Assembly: GCF_964355755.1 (NCBI RefSeq)
Contig: NC_092677.1
Coordinates: forward strand, 16,204,101 to 16,268,100
DNA from: Antedon mediterranea
Taxonomy: Eukaryota > Animalia > Echinodermata
Direction: 5' to 3'
DNA: 64,000 bases
The position numbers were made by a program, and so were the translations under genes. Positions 12,350 to 24,200 of the stretch are shown here, in pieces (within the stretch, counting starts at the first letter, position 1; every line of letters begins with the position of its first letter). The notes below the pieces were generated by a model. It ran no database searches and was not told where the DNA came from. It saw only the letters and a list, made by a program, of their open reading frames with translations.

Positions 12350-13289
12350 CACATTTTTACTACTGGTATTATTATTTGCAACCGATTCATCTAGGCTATG
12401 GTAGTCACGACTGGGCTTTGATAATAGAGGGTTTCTTGTAAGAAGTTGATATTCCATGACAGACATTTATAATATTACAAATATTGAATTTGTTGACATG
12501 GCCGTACTCTTATTTCTTGTTCAGTTTTACAAATTTGTCGCGCTCAAAGTTGTATTATGTGTAGGTAGCGATGTATTCTTTATCATAACTAAGTTTACAT
12601 TTCTTCCCGGTTTTTTTTTTTTCGCCGATACCTATTTGGCAATTATTTGGCTTGGCTAGTTTTCATCCATTCCTTTTCATCTTCAAAGGAATTGTTCAGT
12701 AATTCTAATCTATGGTGAACTACTTCTACTTGGTCAAACGCTTTTTCCGGTTTGCTGGAAAGCGCGTTTACGCTTGTTGAACATCCGTTTCCTCTTCTTT
12801 TATGAAAGCGTTCAAATTGTGTTTATTACCACTTTTATTCCGATGATGATGAGTCTTTAAACCGCAAAATGTCCAGTAAACAATGCACACATTGTCTTTC
12901 GGGATGATTGATTAGGTATGGAGCTACTTTATCTTCCTTAATAGTGGTCAAATATTCAATTCTTTTCTTTGCAGTTCCTTATCTGGTTTTGACCGTTTTG
13001 TACTCGGAGCATTGAAACTGTGAATGCTCCTGTTGGTAATATGCATCTGTACAACTATCTCTATTGAGATTGTTACAGAAATGCCTCTTCTTTGCGAATC
13101 AACACCGCTCATGCGCTCTGTTTGACTTGTTGGATTTCTTTTTTACATTAGTCCTATCCAAAATCCAGATTGATGGCCTGTGCTTAAAAATGCTTTGTTA
13201 ACAATCTGCACCATATAAAACAAATAAATTCCCTACAAATAATGGATTTTAAATACTGCTTGCTCACCTCGAGGAGGTAGTATTCAATC
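12350..13289 (-). pseudogene. Decayed gene of unknown family ('X1'), possibly spliced
   Basis: Protein-like fragments broken by stops and frameshifts (KRIEYLTTIKEDKVAPYLINHPERQCVHCLLDIL; VNALSSKPEKAFDQVEVVHHRLELLNNSFEDEKEWMK; KTGKKCKLSYDKEY). Candidate 21-nt exon 13269-13289 lies between tttag and gtgagc. Paralogue at 17690-18300. Confidence 0.5.
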
Positions 13290-13359
13290 TAAAATACAAA
13301 ACAGAAAACATGTTATAAATAATATCATCATAGCAATATCAATATTGATTCTTTAAAAA

Positions 13360-13966
13360 TTAAAATATGCCAGGAGCAGCAACCATGTGAATCGTCCTTG
13401 GCTGGATCCCTCTCGGTGGTAATCTCCTCTGCCGCTCGCTCCGGCTGGTGTTGTCGTTTTCCCGGTTGCCTTGATCTCCGCGGAGCGGTGTCACGTGATG
13501 ACGGATCGGTTGCCTTTGATTCTTTCAGCCGTCAGTCAGTCTCTCCAAAACCGAATCTTTTGTCGACAGAGGGGCCGCCGAGGTCAGAGCCGTCCAGTTT
13601 GCTGTGATCCTATCGGGGCCGGTAGTCTGGGTCACTCGTCCTGCCACGACCCTCCTGATCAAATCCTGAACAAAGATACAAATGACATCGATCGTCTCAG
13701 CATTCTCGATTACTCTTCTTGCTCTTAATAAACGATAATTAAATAGCGCATGTTCCGTGCTTATCCTAGTACCTGGGTACAGATGTAGTGTTGTTGTGGT
13801 TACATCATAATCGATAGCGTAGGGTCTCCTAAATTCCACATTCTGAAATGCTGCAGTAAAATGTAAACCTGTGTTGTCACTTGAAATTATATTTGACATG
13901 TAAATTCCTGGAGGATAATTGTTGAAAATAATATCTTCAATATCTTCCAATTATATAATATGGCAT
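13360..13966 (-). pseudogene. Unknown repeat-domain gene 'Y', copy 1 (most intact)
   Basis: 141-aa ORF 13525-13950. The ATG at 13966 is one base out of frame here, whereas copy 4 reads MPYYTIED. The frame stays open for 54 more codons after the TGA, to 13360 (Arg-rich). Homologues at 14.9, 16.2 and 17.1 kb. Confidence 0.6.
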
Positions 13967-14928
13967 CAGTTTATTTTCAACGATAGGCGATGAGTAATTG
14001 CTCATCTATAGCATAAGTAGTTTTCTAGTTTGTCCCAATGCTTATTGAAGCGTTTCTCAGTGAGTACACAGCTATCTACTACTATATAGGATATGTATAT
14101 AAAAGTATTTACTCTCTCCTAACAGGCTAACAGATTGTGATTCGAAAAATGGCCAAATATCGACTGTATAAAAAAGGGTCGAGGTAACATGCGCAGACCA
14201 CATTATTTGATTATGCCTATGTCGTTTTTATAAAAAAATTTAAAAGGAACAACAATTCTTTTAGAAAATGTACTATGCCATTGTTATTTCATACGCATCC
14301 AACACCGATTATCTCGCCACAAATTATACATTCGTTGACATTCGTACCTGGCGAGCGACGGCTTCCCACGCATTTTTTCCTCTTTTTTCCGTTTTTGTAA
14401 GACGAAACATTTTTATCATACAGACATTCTGTATGTCTGGATGCAATCCATTAGTTCGACCTCTGTTGGCGAAGGCATCTTTCTTGAAAATGAAGTAGCA
14501 TCATCCCACCCTGTTTCGTTTGCTTTATCCAATCAAAAACTGTAGAAATGTTTAATTACTTTGTTACTACTGCTGCTTCTATCAGGAAACAGTTTATAAT
14601 CTTCTATAACACTGGGAATTAACATTTTTTTTGCCGCCTTTTAATTTACTCTTTGTACTCTACTACTTAGTAATAATGAAGGTACCGATAATAATTTATA
14701 GGTACACACATTCCTCAATCTTTATTAAAACATCAAAACATATTTGATAAAAGTAACATACATAAAAAACTAAATTACAATAATAAAACACAAACAACAA
14801 AGACATTGATTAGAAAACTGACATGGAGCAAAAAGTGGCGGTATAAATTTAAAAAAAAAACATCGAATCATTTCTCCTAATAAAAGAATAGTTAATGAAC
14901 TTAATTATCGGAAGAGAGATTAGGGCCT

Positions 14929-15298
14929 ACTCTTCTTGCTCTTAATAAACGATAATTAAATGGCGTTTGTTCCTGTGCTTATCCTAGTACCTGGGTACAG
15001 CTTCATCCGGTTCAATGTAGTGTTAATGTGGTTACATCATAATCGAGAGCAGGGTCTCCTAAACTCCACATTCTGAATAACTACAGTAAAACTTAAACCT
15101 GTGTTGCCACTTGAACTTATATAATGTTGATCTTGTAACATCATAATCGAGAGCGTAGGGTCTAAATTCAACATTGCTACAGTAAAACGTAAAGTTGTCC
15201 TGCCACTTGAACTTATATTTGACATGTAAATTCCTAGAGGGTAATCGTTGACTACAAAAATAATATGTTGGATATCTTCCAATTATATAAGGTGGCAT
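14929..15298 (-). pseudogene. Gene 'Y' copy 2, frameshifted
   Basis: High nucleotide similarity to 13710-13966 (DYPLGIYMSNISSSG, SSSGNTGLSFTVVIQNVEFRRP). The shared upstream sequence continues to ~15885. Confidence 0.6.
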
Positions 15299-16199
15299 CA
15301 GTTTATTTGCAACGATCGACGGTGCTGGAGTAATTGCTCATCTAGAGCATAAATAGTTTTCTAGTTTGTCCCAATGCTTATTCAAGCGTTTCTCAGTGAG
15401 GTCACAGCTATCTACTATATAGAATATGTATATAAAAATCTTTACTCATTTCCAACCAGGTAAATAATAGATTAATAAAAATTTAAAATACCAAGAAAGA
15501 GTGACTTCCCTGGCATAACAGATTGTGATTTGAAAAATGGCCAAATATCGACTGTATAAAAAAGTGTCGAGGTAACATGCGCAAACCATGTGATTCTAGC
15601 CATGTCATTAAAAAATAAATAAAAAAAGGATCGAAATTTCGCAATTTTTCAAAAATGTTCCTGTACTATGGTATAGTATAGTATCTACTATAGAGAATAT
15701 GTATATAAAAATCCTTGCTCTTTTCCAACGAGGTACATAACAGATTGTGATTCGAAAAATTGCCAAATATCGGCTGTTTAAAAAAAATATCGATAACAGG
15801 CACAGACCACATTATGTGATTCTGCGCATGCCATTTTATTTAAAAATGTTATTTCATACTCATCCAACACCGATTAACTCGCCAGTTACAGGATTGTATA
15901 ATTTATTGCGCTTATGAGTATCATTTAAGGAGTTGAAAGAGTACCAGCTCCACTCTGTACACATAAGCACATAGTTTCATTCGTTCCTTCCAACAATTAT
16001 GTACAAAAAAGTAAAAAACATAGGTCGCCCACGACCAGTCAGCACATCCGATGGAACATTACCCTGTGGAGATACGGATAGTTTAATTAATAGATACTTT
16101 AATAGTGACCACCACTATTTAAAGTGACCACCACAGGTGAGGTATAAAAGGACAAAAAAACAAGATGAACCATGTTTGTCCCCCGGGAGGGTTGATTAT

Positions 16200-16462
16200 A
16201 ACTTCGATGCGGTAAAATCGATTAGATTCTCGAGCGTTTCGCTTCCAATTTACCAATCATGATATGCATATGGCATTCTCTAATCCTCCTCTTAATAAAC
16301 GATAATTAAATAGCGCTTATCTTAGTACCTGGGTACAGCTTCTTCAGGTCCAATGTAGTGTTGATGTGGTTATAGCGTAGGGTCTCCTAAATTCAACATT
16401 CTGAATACCTGATGTAAAACTTAAACTTGTGCTGCCACTTATACTTATATTAGACATGTATA
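16200..16462 (-). pseudogene. Gene 'Y' copy 3, internal fragment
   Basis: Shares CTTAATAAACGATAATTAAATAGCG, TAGTACCTGGGTACAG and AGCGTAGGGTCTCCTAAATT with the other copies. 16200-16270 matches 17063-17135. Confidence 0.55.
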
Positions 16463-16999
16463 ATATTAAATTCAATTTAAATTTATTCAGAAAAGCCTCC
16501 AGAAATGGAGAGATACTGTAGGCCTAATACATTAAAATTAAAGGAAACCATTAATAAACAAAACGAAAACAATTCCAAGCTTTGATTGGAGAGATACTGT
16601 ACATTAAAATTACAAAGCAAAACATTAATAAACAAAACGATTCAAAGCTAGCTTTCAACGCCATCAATAAGAGTTTCAGATAATTATGATGGTTATAATT
16701 TGCAATCGTAGGATCTCTTTCGAGTAAAGTTGTAATAACGGTGTCATAGATGCCGTGATGATTGTTCACAACTTATATCATTGATAAGCAGTATCGTAAA
16801 AATGACAGGCAGAATTATTTAAACTTGCACTGTACTTAATCTAATCTATCAGTCAGTGTGTTCTTCATTATTTTACTGCCATTGACTTCCACATTTAAAA
16901 GATAGACGTACAATTTTTTTGATTTAGAGTTATTCTTTATAGATTTCTTTCAGCTGAGTCCTGATGTAAATTCTCAATAATGGCTTCAGGCCGGTTCAC

Positions 17000-17592
17000 A
17001 TTAGACGCGGGGCGTGGAGAATTTCCTGGGCGTCCGATACAATCGCGAACAGTGTTGAATCTAGCTTCGACGCGGTAAAGTCGATTAGATTCTCGAGCGT
17101 TTCGCTTCCAATTGGACTAATCATGATATGCATATTTCAGCGATCGTCTCAGCATTCTCTATTACTCTTCTTGATCTTCATAAACGATAATTAAATAGCG
17201 TTTGTTCCGACGTGCTTATCCTTGTACCTAGGTACAGCTTCAAAAGGTCCAATGTAGTGTTAATGTGGTTACATCATAATCGAGAGCAGGGTCTTCTAAA
17301 TTCCACATTCCGAATAGCTGCAGTAAAACTTAAATCTGTGTTGCCACTTGAACTTATATTTGACATATAAATTCAGGTCTAATGTAGTGTTGATGTTGTG
17401 ATATCGTAATCGAGAGCGTAGGGTCCCGTTAATTCAACATTCTGAATACCTGCAGCAAAACTTAAATTTGTGCTGCCACTTGAACTATTAGACATGTAAA
17501 TCCAAGTCTAATGTAATCGAGAGCGAAGGATCTGAATTGCTACAGTAAAACGTTGTGCTAAGCGTGTAATCTTCAATTGTATAATATGGCAT
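17000..17592 (-). pseudogene. Gene 'Y' copy 4, with two tandem ~43-codon repeat units
   Basis: Reads IYMSNSSSGSTNLSFAAGIQNVELTGPYALDYDITTSTLH*T*IYMSNISSSGNTDLSFTAAIRNVEFRRP. The upstream TAGTTTTCTAGTTTGTCCCAATGCTTATT block is shared with copies 1 and 2. Confidence 0.6.
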
Positions 17593-17689
17593 CAGTTTAT
17601 CGTAGGGTCTGCTCATCTAATTCTGGAAGTAGTTTTCTAGTTTGTCCCAATGCTTATTCAAGCGTTTATCTCAGGTCATGAGGTTATTG

Positions 17690-18300
17690 ACTTGTAAATA
17701 ATAGAATAGATCATTCATATAATCAGAGTTTATCTAGTACTCGCACATTGCTTCCTTCCAGATGGCAATTTATCCGGCCGCATACTGTTTTTGACGCTAT
17801 ATACGTCGCTTGTCTGTCTTGCTGTGAGTTATTTGCTGGTTGACGATTAAGTTGTCGGATGTCGGTTGAACATTAATTTGGCTGAACTTGGTAAAGGAAA
17901 CATCTGCTGTCTCCGTCATTATAAAAAAAAAATTTTCTCCGCAAACTAATTACACTTCTTGCCTGTTTTTATTACTTTAAAAAACATATGAATTGCTTTA
18001 CTGTAACATTCATACTCGCTAACCCAGCTCGTTTGTTTGTCTTGGTAAATTATTATGTTGACACCTTGAATATAGTGAGTATACAACTTTTGTGCTCTTC
18101 TTTGATGTAGATGGCAAAGCTTCCACTCATTCATTTTCTTGACTTTCAGTGGTACAATTCAGTCTGCTTAAAATAATTTGTTTTGAATATCAGAGCTTAA
18201 GATAGTTTCACATCAAATTGTTATGAGCCGCTGCCTTTCAAAGCGTCTTTCTACATGTCTGCAATCTTGCTTAAGACCGTACTGGTTACAGTACACTTAC
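17690..18300 (-). pseudogene. Decayed gene 'X2', distant paralogue of X1
   Basis: VEALPSTSKK (18126), YQDKQTSWV and KTGKKC (T codon at 17966) align with X1 VNALSSKPEK (12771), FEDEKEWM and KTGKKC (12611), with the same 160-nt anchor spacing. Confidence 0.5.
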
Positions 18301-18588
18301 TTTGGTTTACTTAACTTAGTTGATATATTTTATAATAATAATTTCATTCAGTAGACGACAAACAAGAACACATTGTACACAAATCACTCCGATATTTATG
18401 TTTCGTCGTTCGTCACAATGACCCCCTGTACCTCATCAGTGTGATCATTATTTGTTGAGCCATGTTTTTAAGTAATTAATATCCATATTACGTATATAAA
18501 TAAATGTGTATATATCAAAGGTTAATAATTCATTGTGCAATCGTCAGATGAAAAGCTAATAAAAAATATTGATTAAATATGTATGTTC

Positions 18589-19299
18589 TAAAAATTTGTT
18601 TTTTAGTTGTAGATTTATTCAGAAATATTGGAGGAAAATGCTTAGTATCTTTGTAAGTTTAAATCACAATAATATATCATTTAAACAATTAATACTAGGA
18701 ACGGGAGATAAGCTAATAGATTATATTTACACTTTTGCAGCATTTACTATTTATAGAAAAAAAATGTTATCTGCACTAAATAAGCCAGTGGGTAAATCTT
18801 TATGGAATTCATTTAAAAGCAATATGTTATATAACATTGAATGTGAAACATATAACAATAAAGAAACAAGTATAGAAAAATGGGTAGCTTTAAGAAATAC
18901 GATTATGATAATATAATTTCTAATTTGATACGATTAAAAGAAAAAGAATTACAGTGATACGTGTTACTGGTGGTACTGAGCTATTATTGTTTTTTTTATC
19001 ATGTATATAAATATATTGTATAATCCGGGTTGTAAAATAAAAACAAACAAATGAAAATGTGTGAACTATTTTAAAACGGGATAGATGATAATGATGATCC
19101 TGTCAAGTGTATAACAAAATATAAGAAAATTAATGAAAAAAGGAGTAATACAGAATTCATATATGTAAAAATGTTACTTACTGTATGAACTGTAACGACA
19201 TTTACAAGTTAAATAATACTGTACTGTACTGATTTTATGTAATATGAGATAATATGAATGTGAATAAAAGTGGTGTTTGCGCCACAAAAGAGAAAAAAA
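18589..19299 (+). mobile_element. 5'-truncated non-LTR retrotransposon (L1/Tx1 clade), ORF2 C-terminus plus 3' UTR
   Basis: LFFSCRFIQKYW...FKQLILG...AAFTIYRKK resembles the end of the L1/Tx1 ORF2 CCHC (zf-RVT) region; stop at 18916. AATAAA at 19263 and an A-rich tail follow. 14-bp TSD AAATATGTATGTTC at 18575-18588 and 19300-19313, at a TT/AAAT site. Confidence 0.85.
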
Positions 19300-19359
19300 A
19301 AATATGTATGTTCAGTCGTCATAATTGATCTATTTATATACTCAAATGTATTCATCATT

Positions 19360-19960
19360 TTGTGGCGCAGAAATGTATTATGTGTTTCTGCGCGTGTCGT
19401 TTTATCAAAAAATAAAAAGGTCCAAATTAGGCAATTTCTTGAATTTTTTTCGAAACATGGCCAAATATCGTCTGTTTAATAAAGTGTCTAGGTAACAAAT
19501 GCAGCCCACATTATGTGATTCTCCGCATGTAATTTTATCGAAAAGTAAAATTTCGCAATTTTACAAATCCCCTTACTATAGTACAGGGATTTTCGAAAAT
19601 ACCCAAATTTTGACCTTTTTATTTGTTGATATAAATGGTTACTATACGTGAAAAAAAAAAATCGAAAATTGGGCATTTTTCGAAAAATGGCCAAAATATG
19701 CACTTTTTAAAATACTATTACTATGCAATAATATTGCTATATATGCGCACATATTGCTTTATTATCATCTTATAGACATATAGTAACCATTTATATCAAA
19801 TGATATGATATCAGATGATAATAAAGCAATATATGTGCATATATAGCAATATTATTGCAAAGTAATAGTATTTTGAAAAGTGCGTATTTTAAAATAGTAT
19901 TATTTTGCAATAATATTGCTATATATGCGCATATATTGCTTTATTATCATCTTATAGACG
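19360..19960. repeat. Diverged satellite hairpin modules plus AT-rich palindromic module C (left flank of the satellite)
   Basis: GCGCAGA...TCTGCGCG and TACTATAGTACAGGGATTTT match the satellite modules. 19695-19890 is a palindrome with ~75-bp arms. 19676-19905 is the reverse complement of ~34021-34250. Confidence 0.8.
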
Positions 19961-19962
19961 TT

Positions 19963-20929
19963 ATAACGCCCTAATTTTACAATCCGTTCACACGTACATG
20001 CGCATGCGTAGTACATCAACAAACTCAGATCCATAAAAGTTGCGACTTTAAAGATGTATTGTCCCCCAAAATCATGAAAAATAAAGATTTTTAAAATCGG
20101 ACTTTGAATAGGCCATTTTGCAGTTTTAATGAAGTTGTTCACTTCCAGAAGAAAAAAAACGGGGTAAAAAAATTATTTCACCTATAAAGAGACAAAATAA
20201 ACAGTTAAATTACCCAAAAACTCATTGTCTTCCAGACAATTTGACCATTTTTGCTTTAAATTACATTTTTCTCAGGTAAATACATTTTTTTCAGACCCAA
20301 TTTTTTGTGAGAGTGAATAACTATTATGTGACATTAAAATAACATATTCAACAAAAATATTTAAAAAAATATTTTTTTAGGGGGACAATATATCTTTAAA
20401 TGGATTTAATCAATTTGTTTAAAGGTTTTTGTTAAAATAATAATATTATTTTGATGATTTTAAACAAACAAAATAGCTTTAATCCATTTAATTTAACGGC
20501 TCTGGCTGTGCGCTCCATGAACGCTCTACGCGTGCGCGTTTATTTTGTACAGCGATTCTCTTATAGTAATGCATTGTTTTTACATTTTGTTGTTTAAAAT
20601 GCATTCATTCATTCAAGTAAACATTTATTTCTACGATAAAAAAAACATTTCTTTCAATTTACAAATAAATTATGAGATTAAAATCATCTTCGCAGTAACT
20701 TATGATTGCGTTATCTTAACAAAGTATATATATATTTAAAACCTTGTGAATGTTATACATTTTTTAAGCACATGACTCGACTCCATACACTACATAGGCA
20801 TAGTTGGACACACAAATGGCCAGTAATGTACCTCGTGACTTTCTAAAATCTGTGAATGCGCCGAGAGGTTTGTTGATGTACTACGCATGAGCATGTACGT
20901 TTGAACAGATTGTATATTTAGGGCGTTAT
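19963..20929. mobile_element. Non-autonomous element with ~62-bp imperfect TIRs, carrying a nested MITE
   Basis: ATAACGCCCTAA...CGTACATGCGCATGCGTAGTACATCAACAAAC (19963-20024) is inverted at 20868-20929. No clear TSD. Confidence 0.75.
20052..20395. mobile_element. Kolobok-like MITE, copy 2 (nested)
   Basis: TTAA (20048-20051) AGATGTATTGTCCCCC ... GGGGGACAATATATCT TTAA (20396-20399). Near-identical to 9281-9613. Confidence 0.9.
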
Positions 20930-20944
20930 CCCTAATACGGCGTA

Positions 20945-21245
20945 ACATAATAACAGTATTTTAAAATACACATATATTGCTTTATTATCATCTGATATCA
21001 TATCATTTGATATACAATGATAATAAAGCAATATATTCGCATATAGGCCTATAGCAATATTTTTGCATAGTAATAGTATTTTGAAAAGTGCATATTTTGG
21101 CAATTTTTTTGAAAAATGCCCACATTTTCGACCTTTTTATTTTTTGATATAAATGGTTACTATACCTCTATAAGATGATAAAGCAATATATACGCATATT
21201 ATAGCAATATTATTGCATAATAGTATTTTAAAAAGTGCATATTTC
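20945..21245. repeat. Further copies of palindromic module C adjoining the satellite
   Basis: ATATTGCTTTATTATCATCTGATATC...GATAATAAAGCAATATA...TAGCAATATT...TAGTATTTTGAAAAGTGCATATTT occurs in about two copies. Confidence 0.8.
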
Positions 21246-21249
21246 ATAT

Positions 21250-24200
21250 CAGAACGCATTATTCGACTCTGCGCATGTTTATTATGCTATAGTAATCGTT
21301 TATGTCAAAAGTGGTTACTATTGCCTTTTTAGTTTTCGATAAAAATGGTTACTATAGCACAATTGACATGCGCATAGCGCAATTTTTGACTCTGCGCATG
21401 TTTATTATGCTATAGTAATCATTTATGTCAAAAGTGGTTACTATAGCACAATTGACATGCGCAGAACCAATTATTCGACTCTGCTCATGTTTATTATGCT
21501 ATAGTAACCCCATTTATGTCAAAAAATAAAAGGGTCGAAAAACGGCCATTTTTCGAAAATTTCCATGTACTATAGTACAGGGATTTTTACAAAAAATGAC
21601 AAATTTTCGACCTTTTTATTTTTCGATAAAACTGGTTACTATAGCACAATTGACATGCGCAGAACGCATTATTCGACTCTGCGCATGTTTATTATGCTAT
21701 AGTAACCATTTATGTAAAAAGTGGTTACTATACCACAATTGACATGCGCAGAACGTATTATTCGATTCTGCGCATGTTTATTATGCTATAGTAACCAATT
21801 ATGTCAAAAGTGGTTACTTTAGCACAATTGACATGCGCAGAACCAATTATTGGACTTTGCTCATGTTTATTATGCTATACTAACCATTTATGTCCAAAAA
21901 TAAAAGGGTCGAAAAACGGCCATTTTTCGAAAATTTTCCTGTACAGAACCAATTATTCGACTCTGCGCATGTTTATTATGCTGTAGTAACCAGTTTTATC
22001 GAAAAATAAAATCATTTATGTCACAACTGGTTAATATAGCACAATTGACATGTGCAGAACGCATTATTCGACTCTGCGCATGTTTATTATGCTATAGTAA
22101 CCATTTATGTCAAAAGTGGTTACTATAGCACAATTGATATGCGCAGAACCAATTATTCGACTCTGCGCATGTTTATTATGCTATAATAACCATTTATGTC
22201 AAACAATAAAAGGGTCGAAAATCGGCCATTTTTCGAAAATTTTCCTGTACTATAGTACAGTGATTTTTTCAAAAAATGACCAATTTTCGACCTTTTTATT
22301 TTTTGATAAAACTGGTTACTATAGCACAATTGACATGCGCTGAACGCATTATTCGACTCTGCGCATGTTTATTATGTTATAGTAATCATTTATGTCAAAA
22401 GTGGTTACTATAGCACAATTGACATGCGCAGAACCAATTATTCGACTCTGCGCATGTTTATTATGCTATAGTAACCATTTATGTCAAAAAATAAAAGGGT
22501 CGAAAATCAGCCATTTTTCGAAAATTTTCCTGTACTATAGTACAGGGATTTTTTTCAAAAAATGACCAATATTCAACCTTTTTATTTTTCGATAAAACTG
22601 GTTACTATAGCAAAATTGACATGCGCAGAACCAATTATTGGACTTTGCTCATGTTTATTATGCTATAGTAACCATTTATGTCCAAAAATAAAAGGGTCGA
22701 AAAACGGCCATTTTTCGAAAATGTCCATGTACTATAGTACAGTGATTTTTTCAAAAAATGACCAATTTTCGACCTTTTTATTTTTCGATAAAACTGGTTA
22801 CTATAGCACAATTGACATGCGCAGAACGTATTATTCGACTCTGCGCATGTTTATTATGCTATAGTAACCATTTATGTCAAAAAATAAAAGGGTCGAAAAT
22901 CGGTCATTTTTCGAAAATTTTCCTGTACTATAGTACAGGGATTTTTTCAGAAAATGACCAATTTTCGACCTTTTTATTTTTCGATAAAACCGGTTACTTT
23001 AGGACAATTGACATGCGCAGAACGCATTATTCGACTCTGCGCATGTTTATTATGCTATAGTAACCATTTATGTCAAAAGTGGTTACTATAGCACAATTGA
23101 TATGCGCAGAACCAATTATTCGACTCTGCGCATGTTTATTATGCTATAATAACCATTTATGTCAAACAATAAAAGGGTCGAAAATCGGCCATTTTTCGAA
23201 AATTTTTCTGTACTATAGTACAGTGATTTTTTCAAAAAATGACCAATTTTCGACCTTTTTATTTTTTGATAAAACTGGTTACTATAGCACAATTGACATG
23301 CGCTGAACGCATTATTCGACTCTGCGCATGTTTATTATGCTATAGTAATCATTTATGTCAAAAGTGGTTACTATAGCACAATTGACATGCGCAGAACCAA
23401 TTATTCGACTCTGCGCATGTTTATTATGCTATAGTAACCATTTATGTCAAAAAATAAAAGGGTCGAAAATCAGCCATTTTTCGAAAATTTTCCTGTACAG
23501 GGATTTTTTTCAAAAAATGACCAATATTCAACCTTTTTATTTTTCGATAAAACTGGTTACTATAGCAAAACGGACATGCGCAGAACCAATTATTGGACTT
23601 TGCTCATGTTTTTTATGCTATAGTAACCATTTATGTCCAAAAATAAAAGGGTCGAAAAACGGCCATTTTTCGAAAATGTCCATGTACTATAGTACAGTGA
23701 TTTTTTCAAAAAATGACCAATTTTCGACCTTTTTATTTTTCGATAAAACCGGTTACTTTAGGACAATTGACATGCACAGAACGTATTTTTCGACTCTGCG
23801 TATGTTTATTATGCTATAGTAACCAATTATGTCAAAAGTGGTTACATTAGCACAATTGACATGCGCAGAACCAATTGTTGAACTTTGCTCATGTTTATTA
23901 TGCTATAGTAACCATTTATGTCAAAAAATAAAAGGGTCGAAAATCGGCCATTTTTCGAAAATTTCCATGTACTATAGCATAATAAACATGCGCAGAGTCG
24001 AATAATTGGTTCTGCGCATGTCAATTGTGCTATAGTAACCACTTTTGACATAAATGGTTACTAAAGCATAATAAACATGCGCAGAGTCGAATAATGCGTT
24101 CTGCGCATGTCAATTGTGCTATAATAACCAGCTTTGACATAAATGATTTTATTTTTTGATAAAACTGGTTACTACAGCATAATAAACATGCGCAGAGTCG

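Noticed and set aside
17215-17265. Alternative-frame peptide HYIGPFEAVPRY resembling the Helitron RYISxxEAxWR motif
   Set aside because: Too short, surrounded by stops, and no HUH or helicase motifs nearby.
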